DNA of 64,000 bases from an uncultured delta proteobacterium (GTDB lineage Bacteria; Desulfobacterota; Binatia; UBA9968): assembly GCA_963745035.1 (NCBI GenBank), contig CAVUVW010000014.1, positions 544,001-608,000 of the forward strand, in the 5' to 3' direction. Under the pieces are notes generated by a model. It had not been told where the DNA came from, searched no databases, and saw nothing but the letters and a program-made list of their open reading frames with translations. This document shows, in pieces, positions 56,443 through 64,000 of this stretch; the first letter of the stretch is position 1, and each line of letters opens with the position of its first letter. A program made the translations under genes and the position numbers.

Positions 56443-57858
56443 ATGAGCGCGCAAAGCAATCCGCCCGAACGGCCATTAAATTGGCCGAGGTTCCTGCTGT
56501 TTGTCGGCGTCGCGGCACTCATCACCGCGGGCATTGCGGCGCTCCTTGTAAACATCTTCGAGCGCAAGCAGGAGGCACGCAATCCGTTCTATCGGGTCGT
56601 CGAGTTGACCGACGACACAGAAGATCCGGCGGTGTGGGGGAAGAATTTTCCGCTGCAATACGACGACTACAAAAGAACCGTCGATCAGGTGCGCACCCGC
56701 TTCGGTGGCAGCGAGGCGCTGCCGCGTACTCCGAGCAAGGTCGATCCGCGCTCGACGCTTTCACAATCGAAGATCGAGGAAGACCCACGCTTGAAAGTAA
56801 TGTGGGCCGGCTACGCCTTCGCCAAAGACTTCCGCGAGGAGCGCGGTCACGCTTACATGCTCGACGATCAAACCTTGACCGAACGGCAAAAGGTGGTCAA
56901 GCAACCGGGCACATGCATCCAATGCCATGGTTCGGTCTACGTGCCCTACAAGAAGGCGGGAAACGGCGACATCATCAAAGGCTTCGAGAAATTGAATCAG
57001 ATGCCTTTCTTCGAAGCCCGCAAGCTGGTCTCGCACCCGGTGAGCTGCATCGATTGTCACGATTCGAGCACCATGCAATTGCGCGTTACCCGTCCCGGTT
57101 TCATCGAGGGGATCCGCGCCTTCAAAGCCTCACAGGGAATTCAGAATTATGACGTCAACAAGCAGGCGACGCGCCAGGAAATGCGCGCGTATGTCTGCGG
57201 CCAGTGTCATGTCGAATATTATTTCAAGGGAGCGGAAAAGCGGCTCGTGTACCCATGGGCCAAAGGGCTCAAGGTCGAAAACATCCAAGCTTATTACGAC
57301 GAGGAGCAGTTCAAGGACTGGACCCATGCCGACACGGGGGCTTCCACGCTCAAAGCCCAACACCCGGAATTCGAGCTGTGGAGCCAGGGCATCCACGCGC
57401 GCTCGGGCGTGACCTGCGCCGACTGCCATATGCCCTACAAACGCGAAGGCGCGCTCAAGATCAGCGACCACCACGTGCGCAGCCCGGTGCTCAACATCAA
57501 CCGCGCCTGTCAGACCTGCCACAAATGGCCCGAGGAAGAGCTCAAGGCGCGCATCGAGACAATTCAGGAGCGTACCTTCAAGCTCCGCAATGTGGCAATG
57601 GACGCGCTGATGGATCTGGTCAAGGATCTCAAGGCGGCGAAGAGCGCCGGCAAGACCGACAAGGAGCTAGCCGCGTCGCAGGATTTTCAGCGCAAAGCGC
57701 AGTTCTATCTCGACTTCGTCGAGGCGGAAAACTCCACCGGCTTTCACGCGCCGCAGGAGGCGGCCCGGATACTCGGTGAGTCGGTGGATTTCTCCAGGAA
57801 GGGTCAGATTGCGCTGCGCGATGGTAAAGGTGGAATGGGATCTCAAACGGCTAAATAG
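56443..57858 (+). CDS. nrfA: ammonia-forming cytochrome c nitrite reductase, CXXCH heme-1 variant
   Basis: WAGYAF...ERGH, five hemes CIQCH, CIDCH, CGQCHVEYYF, CADCHMPY, CQTCH; KAQHPEFE; AENSTGFH. Confidence 0.93.
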   Translation: MSAQSNPPERPLNWPRFLLFVGVAALITAGIAALLVNIFERKQEARNPFYRVVELTDDTEDPAVWGKNFPLQYDDYKRTVDQVRTRFGGSEALPRTPSKVDPRSTLSQSKIEEDPRLKVMWAGYAFAKDFREERGHAYMLDDQTLTERQKVVKQPGTCIQCHGSVYVPYKKAGNGDIIKGFEKLNQMPFFEARKLVSHPVSCIDCHDSSTMQLRVTRPGFIEGIRAFKASQGIQNYDVNKQATRQEMRAYVCGQCHVEYYFKGAEKRLVYPWAKGLKVENIQAYYDEEQFKDWTHADTGASTLKAQHPEFELWSQGIHARSGVTCADCHMPYKREGALKISDHHVRSPVLNINRACQTCHKWPEEELKARIETIQERTFKLRNVAMDALMDLVKDLKAAKSAGKTDKELAASQDFQRKAQFYLDFVEAENSTGFHAPQEAARILGESVDFSRKGQIALRDGKGGMGSQTAK

Positions 57859-57925
57859 TCAATGTGATCCTACCGTGAGGATCAATACGCATCCAGAGAG
57901 GGAACAAAGGGGGAGGGTGACGCTT

Positions 57926-58756
57926 GTGTTTAAGATTCTAGCTAATCGCGTTTGGTACGGGATCCTGGCGCCTTGCTTGATCGTTTTTGCTTCATCGGGT
58001 TGCATTGTCAACACTTACCAACCGCCTAAACCGGAGCCGCCGCCCCCAGCGTCGGGCACTCTGCTTAAATCTCAGTTACGAGTCGGCATTTCACCCGATT
58101 ACATGCCGCTGGCTTTCAAAGATCCGGCGTTGGGACTTGTGGGAGTGGAAGTAGACTTTGCCGAAGGAATCGGCAACGGGCTTGGAAAAAAGATAGTTTT
58201 CGTCGAGACCCCGTTTCCCGAATTGATCCAATCGCTGCTTGAAGACCGCATCGACATGATTATGTCCGGCATGACAATCACCAAGGAAAGGGCCGAACGG
58301 ATAAGCTTTACCGATCCTTATGCGCGCATCGCTCAGATGGCACTGGTGCGCGCCAAAGATCGGTCCGACTTTCCCAACGCGCAGTCCTTTTATCGACTAA
58401 CTTCGAAGGTCGGCTACGTGCAAAAAACCAGTGGCGAGCTGGCGGCTAGAACGTTCTTTCCGCAAGCGACCATAGCGCCTCAGCCAACCATTGAGGCGGG
58501 CGTTGCGGGCCTGCGCAAGGGGGAAATAGCAGTATTCATCCATGATGCACCTACGGTTTGGCGCATTGCCGGCAATCCGAGCGAAAAAGAGCTGGTGGGG
58601 TTGTACTGGCCGTTGACACAAGAGTCGCTGGCCTGGGCGGTGAGAAAAGACGACGAGCCTTTGCGGTTTGCGCTCAATCGCGAGCTTGACAATTTGAAGT
58701 TAAGCGGCCGCTTAAAACAAATACTGTCCAAATGGGTTCCTTTAAGAATCTGGTAA
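57926..58756 (+). CDS. SBP family 3 (polar amino acid type) substrate-binding lipoprotein
   Basis: Lipobox SSGC, LRVGISPDYMP, DMIMSGMTITKER, FTDPY. Confidence 0.85.
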   Translation: MFKILANRVWYGILAPCLIVFASSGCIVNTYQPPKPEPPPPASGTLLKSQLRVGISPDYMPLAFKDPALGLVGVEVDFAEGIGNGLGKKIVFVETPFPELIQSLLEDRIDMIMSGMTITKERAERISFTDPYARIAQMALVRAKDRSDFPNAQSFYRLTSKVGYVQKTSGELAARTFFPQATIAPQPTIEAGVAGLRKGEIAVFIHDAPTVWRIAGNPSEKELVGLYWPLTQESLAWAVRKDDEPLRFALNRELDNLKLSGRLKQILSKWVPLRIW

Positions 58757-58890
58757 GCAACGCGAGCGCATTAGGACCGCATCAAACTGCTAAGCCTAAT
58801 CCGACCCTGATTGCGCTGCGCGACGGCAGAAACGAAACAAAGTCGGCGGTCGCAAGATAGCCAACTCGGACTCACGTTAGGGAGGCCTTT

Positions 58891-59076
58891 ATGAATAACG
58901 TGGTTCATATCGGCACGCGATTGGAGAAAGAGCGAAAACGTCGTTGGCCCAACACGCTGGCGATGACGGTGGGTCCACTGTTGTTGCTGATCATCTATTT
59001 TCTTCTGCTCGAACAGAACGGATTTCCAATTCTTGATCTGAACGGTGACGAGCAAGTCGTCGAAGCGACGCCGTAA
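58891..59076 (+). CDS. small hypothetical membrane protein
   Basis: SD GGAGG, 61 aa with one TM helix. Confidence 0.55.
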   Translation: MNNVVHIGTRLEKERKRRWPNTLAMTVGPLLLLIIYFLLLEQNGFPILDLNGDEQVVEATP

Positions 59077-59156
59077 GCCGCTCGATAGCACTGACCAAGC
59101 GCTTGTCGGAAGCGTCAAGCAACTGACGCGATGCGGCAATCGCTCAGGGATCTACG

Positions 59157-59176
59157 TATTGGACCAAAGTCCAATA
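59157..59176 (+). promoter_or_regulatory. 20-bp palindromic operator, copy 11
   Basis: TATTGGACCAAAGTCCAATA; TATTGG at 59198 (21-nt gap); upstream of the FDH operon. Confidence 0.78.
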
Positions 59177-59363
59177 CCATGCTATCTAAGCTTCGAATAT
59201 TGGGAGTCATGCTGGTCGCGCGGCGATCCGAGCAGACATTGATGAATTGAAGTCCACTGCATCGAACGTGCGACGTAATACCGAAGAAGCGTAGCACCCC
59301 GAGATCTACTCCTGATCACCTTCCGCGTCTGCGTAGACCTTTTGAAAAATAGAAAGGCACAAG

Positions 59364-62300
59364 ATGAAAAAAGCCGATGGAGAGGAGCAAAGGCCGGATG
59401 GTCACGATGACGCGAAGGCGGCATCGCTGAAGCCATCGCGGCGGCAGTTTCTCAAGGGGCTGACTACAGGCACCGTCGCGATCAGCGCCTTGACTCAGTC
59501 GGGCTGCGCTCCCGCCGTTCCTCCCCTCAAAACCCGCGGCGCGACCAATACGACGACGGTCTGTCCCTTCTGCGGCGTCGGCTGCGGCCAGGTGGTCTCC
59601 GCGCGCGGCGGCAAGGTGATCCACATCGAGGGCGATCCGGACCATCCGATCAGCGAAGGAACTTTGTGCAGCAAAGGCGCGGCCGGCATCCAGGTAGTGA
59701 ACAATTCGCGGCGCCTGCAAAAGGTGCTCTATCGCAAACCCAACGGCGCCAAATGGGAAGAAAAAAGCTGGGACTGGGCATTCGAGCGGATCGCCGCGCG
59801 AGTCAAAGAAACACGCGACAAGACCTTCAAGCAATCCCTCGACGGGCGTGTTGTTAACCGCACCGAGGCGATCGCTTGTCTCGGCGGCTCGGCCTTGGAC
59901 AACGAGGAGGCTTACCTCCTCGTGAAACTGATGAGGGCCCTCGGCCTGGTGTACGTCGAACACCAGGCGCGGCTCTGACACAGCTCCACGGTCGCCGGTC
60001 TGGCGGCCTCGTTCGGCAGAGGGGCGATGACCAACCATTGGGTCGACATGCTCAATGCCAATGTCGTCCTGATCATGGGCGGAAACCCGGCGGAGGACCA
60101 CCCCATCGCGATGAATTGGCTGGCGCGCGCCAAAGAGCAGGGCACCTACATCCTGCACGTCGATCCGCGTTTCAATCGCACCAGCTCGATCGCCGACGTG
60201 TTCGCCAAACTGCGCTCGGGCACCGATATCGCGTTCGTCGGCGGCATGATCAACTACGCCATAGAACATAATCGCATCCAGCAGGAATACGTACGCGAGT
60301 ACACCAACGCCTCCTGGATCGTCGGCGACGGCTACAGCTTCACGGACGGGCTGTTTGCCGGCTACGATCCCAAAACCAGCCGCTACGATCGATCCCAGTG
60401 GATCTACGCGCTGGACGCGCAGGGACGGCCGCGGCGCGACCCTACGCTCAAGCATCCCCGCTGCGTGTTTCAACTATTGAAGCAGCACTTCTCGCGCTAC
60501 AACCCCGACGCGGTGTGCCGGATCACCGGCACACCGAAAGAAAACTACCTGAAGGTGTGCGATCTCTACACCTGGACCTATGCTCCCGACCGGGCCGGCA
60601 CGTGGCTCTATGCCATGGGCACCGCGCAGCACAGCCACGGCACACAGAACATCCGCTCCTATGCCATCCTGCAGTTGCTACTCGGCAATATCGGCGTCGC
60701 CGGAGGCGGCGTCAATGCGATGCGCGGTGAGTCCAACGTACAGGGTTCCACCGATCAAGGCCTTAACTATGATGGCCTGCCAGGATACCTGCGGCTTCCG
60801 GTGGAGGGTGACATAGATTTAAAAACGTATCTTTCACGTGTAACGCCCATCAGCCACGATCCTACCAACAGCGCGAACTGGCTGCAGAACACGCCGAAGT
60901 ATGTCGTCAGTTTGCTGAAAGCGTGGTGGGGCGAGCACGCGACCAGAGAGAATGACTTCGACTTGGCTCACCTGCCGAAGCTCGGCAGTGGATTTCAAGG
61001 ACAGGGCTATGCGTTTCTCGCGCTCACCCACGCCATGCTTGCCGGCGAAATCAAGGGACTCTTTTGCTTCGGCCAGAACCCCGCGGTGGGCGGCGCCAAC
61101 GCGCGCTTGATCCGCGCCGGACTGGATAAGCTCGAGTGGATGGTGGGCGCGGACTTATTCGAGCACGAGACCGCGGGCTTCTGGAAGCGGCCGGGCGCGG
61201 ATCCGGCTCGAATTCCCACCGAAGTCTTCGTTCTGCCTGCCTGTTCCGGCGTCGAAAAGGAAGGCAGCATCGTCAACAGCGGACGCTGGGTGCAGTGGCG
61301 TCACCAGGCCGTCAAGCCCATCGCAGACAGCCGCCCCGACCTCGACATCGTCGACGGCCTCGCCAAGGCGATGAAGCGTGCCTACGAGAAGGACGGAGTA
61401 TTTCCGGAGCCGATCCGCCATCTCGCATGGGACTATGGAGAGCACGCCGACCCTCATCGCGTCGCGCGCGAGCTGAACGGGCGCTTCTTAGTCAATGTGG
61501 CTGAAAAGGACGGTAAAGAGTTCACTGCCGGCAAGCAGGTGCCGGGCTTTGCACAGTTGCGCGACGACGGCAGTACGATGTCGGGGAACTGGATCTACTG
61601 CGGCGGTTACACCGAAGAGGGCAATCTGGCCGCTCGGCGCGATACCACCGATGCGCCAAACAAGATCGGACTCTCTCCGAAATGGGCATGGACGTGGCCG
61701 ATGAACCGGAGGATTCTCTATAATCGCGCATCGGTCAATCGCAAAGGCGAGCCGTTCAACCCGCGCAAGTGGGTGATTCGCTGGAACGCCGAGAAGAATG
61801 CGTGGGAGGGCGATGTGCCCGACGGCGGCATGCCGCCAGGCGAGGCCAATCCCTTTATCATGCTGGCATCCGGAGTCGGACAGCTCTATTCGCCAGACCT
61901 CGTGGACGGTCCTTTTCCCGAGCATTACGAGCCGGTCGAGAGCCCGGTGAAAAACCCGTTCTCGAAAATTCAATCGAGTCCGTGCGCGCAGGTCTGGCAT
62001 TCCACCGAATTCGATCGCTATGGCAAACCCGATGTGTTTCCGATCGTCGCGACGACATACCGGGTTTCGGAGCACTGGCAGACCGGCGCCATGAGCCGCA
62101 ACATGCCCTGGCTTGCCGGCCTGGTACCGAGCCCCTTCGTCGAGATCGGCACCGCCTTGGCGAAGCGCCAAGGAATCGAGAACGGCGACAAGGTGATCGT
62201 CAGCAGCGCGCGAGGTTCCATCGAGGTCTACGCGCTCGTGACCGAACGGTTCCAACCGTTTTTTGTCGAAGGCCAGATGATCGACGAGATCGGCCTGCCA

Positions 62301-62435
62301 TGGCACTGGGGCTACGCCGGTCTCGTGCAGGGCGACATCTGCAATGATCTTACCGCCAGCGTCGGCGACCCCAACTCATACATCCCCGAGAGCAAAGTAT
62401 TTCTCTGCAACATCAAGAGGAAGGACCGAGCATGA
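59364..62435 (+). CDS. fdnG: formate dehydrogenase-N alpha subunit, selenocysteine-containing (UGA 59976-59978)
   Basis: Tat signal SRRQFLK, CPFCGVGC...LCSKG, EHQARL-U-HSSTVAGLAASFGRGAMTNHW in one frame, RGESNVQG, TTYRVSEHWQTG. Confidence 0.95.
59979..60008 (+). other. bacterial SECIS element
   Basis: Stem GGTCGCC/GGCGGCC with GGTCT loop beginning after an 11-nt spacer from the UGA, as in the E. coli fdhF SECIS. Confidence 0.88.
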
Positions 62436-63241
62436 GCACACCCGCAGTGAAGCCGAAAGCGATGATTCAGGACAATACCCGGTGCATCGGCTGCCGCGCG
62501 TGCATGGTGGCCTGCAAGTCTTGGAATGACCTTCCGGAGGATAAGACGGACTTTTTCGCCGGCGACGGCTATCAGAACCCGCGCGATCTCGACGCCAACA
62601 ACTACAATCTCATCACCTTCAATGAGATCGTGACCGGCGCCAAGCCCGACTGGGTGTTCGGGCGCCAGCTCTGCATGCACTGCGAGCATCCCGCCTGCGC
62701 GTCGGCGTGCCCGACCACGGCGTTGACCAAAACGCCGATCGGCGCCGTCGTGTTCAACGAGGACCGCTGCATCGGCTGCCGCGCCTGCATGCAAGCATGC
62801 CCGTTCATCATTCCCAAATACGACTACAACAGCTTCGCGCCGAAGATCCACAAGTGCACGTTCTGCGCCGACCGTCTCGAGGTTGGCATGGACCCGGCCT
62901 GCGCGACCGTGTGCCCCACCGGCGCGATCAGTTTCGGCGATCGCGAAGATATGGTGACCGAAGCGAAGCGGCGCATCGCCGCCGCTCCGGGCACTTACAT
63001 TCCCGAAATCTATGGGCTGGAAGAGGTCGGCGGCACCAGCGTGCTGCACCTTTCTTCCGTCCCGTTCGAGCAGATCGGTTACATCACCAACCTGCCCAAG
63101 ACGCCCATGCCCGACCTCACGCACCGATGGCTACGCGTCACGGCTCCGGTGTTTGCCGTCTTGTACGCAGTGTTCGGCGCCCTGAATTGGATCGTGCGAC
63201 GACGCATGCGCCGCCAAGGCCACGAGGGAGAGCACGCATGA
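62432..63241 (+). CDS. fdnH: formate dehydrogenase iron-sulfur subunit (FdnH/HybA type)
   Basis: CIGCRACMVAC, CMHCEHPACASACP, CIGCRACMQACP, KCTFC...CATVCP, C-terminal TM helix. Confidence 0.88.
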   Translation: MSTPAVKPKAMIQDNTRCIGCRACMVACKSWNDLPEDKTDFFAGDGYQNPRDLDANNYNLITFNEIVTGAKPDWVFGRQLCMHCEHPACASACPTTALTKTPIGAVVFNEDRCIGCRACMQACPFIIPKYDYNSFAPKIHKCTFCADRLEVGMDPACATVCPTGAISFGDREDMVTEAKRRIAAAPGTYIPEIYGLEEVGGTSVLHLSSVPFEQIGYITNLPKTPMPDLTHRWLRVTAPVFAVLYAVFGALNWIVRRRMRRQGHEGEHA

Positions 63242-64000
63242 ACTGGCGCATCCGGCTGACGTGGTGGGATAAATTGCTGCTCGCGATCATTGCGGTGGCC
63301 GCCGTCGTCGGCTTCGTGCGGTTCGCGACCGGCATCGGCACAATCGCCAACATCAACAACGCCTACCCGTGGGGTTGGTGGGTCGGCTACGGCATCATGA
63401 CGATGATCGCCATCGGAGGTGTCGGCTTCACGATCACGGCCTTGGTCGAAATCCTCGGCGTGCACCGCTACCACTCTTTTTTGCGTCCGGCCGTGCTCAT
63501 GGCTTTTCTCTGCTATATCAGCGCGATCACCATGCTCATGGTGGAACTTGGCCGGCCGTGGAAAGTCTGGTTGGTGCTGGTTTCCTGGGCGCCGACCTCG
63601 GCGCTTTACGAAGTCGGCTGGTGCGCATTTTTGTATCTGACTGTGCTCGCTTTGGAATTCGCGCGGGTCCCTCTCGAGCAGGCCGGCTGGCGACGCGCGT
63701 TTCGCATCGTGAGCGCGATTTACATTCCAATCATGCTCCTCGGCGTGACGCTGTCGCATCTGCATCAGTCATCGCTCGGCACTTTGATGACGCTTATTCC
63801 GCACAAGGTGAACGAGCTTTGGTGGTCGGATAATTTGCCATTGGTCTATCTCTTCTCCGCGATGATGGCCGGACCGGCGATGGCAATCCTCGAGCATCTC
63901 GCGGCGGCGCGTTGGCTCGGCTTCGAGCCGCGCATGAATCTGCTCGCCGGCCTCGCGCGCATCGAAGCCTGGCTCGTCGGCCTCTTCTTCGCCTTCCAGA
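63238..64000 (+). CDS. NrfD/HybB-type membrane anchor (3'-truncated by window edge)
   Basis: ATG overlaps the upstream stop; NNAYPWGWWV, ELGRPW, SALYEVGWC, LSHLHQSSLG. Confidence 0.88.
   Translation, partial: MNWRIRLTWWDKLLLAIIAVAAVVGFVRFATGIGTIANINNAYPWGWWVGYGIMTMIAIGGVGFTITALVEILGVHRYHSFLRPAVLMAFLCYISAITMLMVELGRPWKVWLVLVSWAPTSALYEVGWCAFLYLTVLALEFARVPLEQAGWRRAFRIVSAIYIPIMLLGVTLSHLHQSSLGTLMTLIPHKVNELWWSDNLPLVYLFSAMMAGPAMAILEHLAAARWLGFEPRMNLLAGLARIEAWLVGLFFAFQ

Noticed and set aside
10601-59176. Palindrome as a CRISPR repeat or an attC/dif-like cassette site
   Set aside because: Copies are hundreds to thousands of bases apart with no spacer array, cas gene or integrase; fixed spacing to -10 boxes and pairing at divergent promoters favour an operator
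26558-60473. Long antisense ORFs (e.g. 26558-27556, 32546-33556, 59316-60473)
   Set aside because: Shadow frames of well-supported genes in high-GC DNA

Overview
A roughly 60% GC bacterial accessory region with no rRNA, tRNA, CRISPR, integrase or transposase. Gene style suggests a Deltaproteobacteria-like lineage such as Binatota, which is inference only. It is a mosaic of short modules, mostly envelope and uncharacterised genes: HAD phosphatase, beta-carbonic anhydrase with SulP, ppk2, GH63 glucosidase, an MlaA-hydrolase fusion, a DUF3604-PPIase-HupE/UreJ operon, arylsulfatase, three OprB-type porins, cNMP-patatin, alpha-carbonic anhydrase, MscS, a symporter-SBP fusion and an RND pump. It ends with nrfHA and a selenocysteine formate dehydrogenase operon (in-frame UGA plus SECIS). 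Three structures stand out. (1) Eleven intergenic copies of a 20-bp palindrome TATTGGAC-YAAR-GTCCAATA, each 20-22 nt upstream of a TA-initial -10-like hexamer, which looks like an activator-dependent regulon tying the modules together. (2) A four-helix-bundle (23S IVP/Avd-like) gene inserted into the DUF3604 operon between inverted heptamer arrays, with empty copies of the same arrays at other gene junctions. (3) A 6.3-kb block bounded by direct and inverted repeats. Many module junctions carry short gene remnants. Numerous single-base frameshifts are most likely long-read assembly errors. All family assignments come from motif recognition by eye; no database searches were run.
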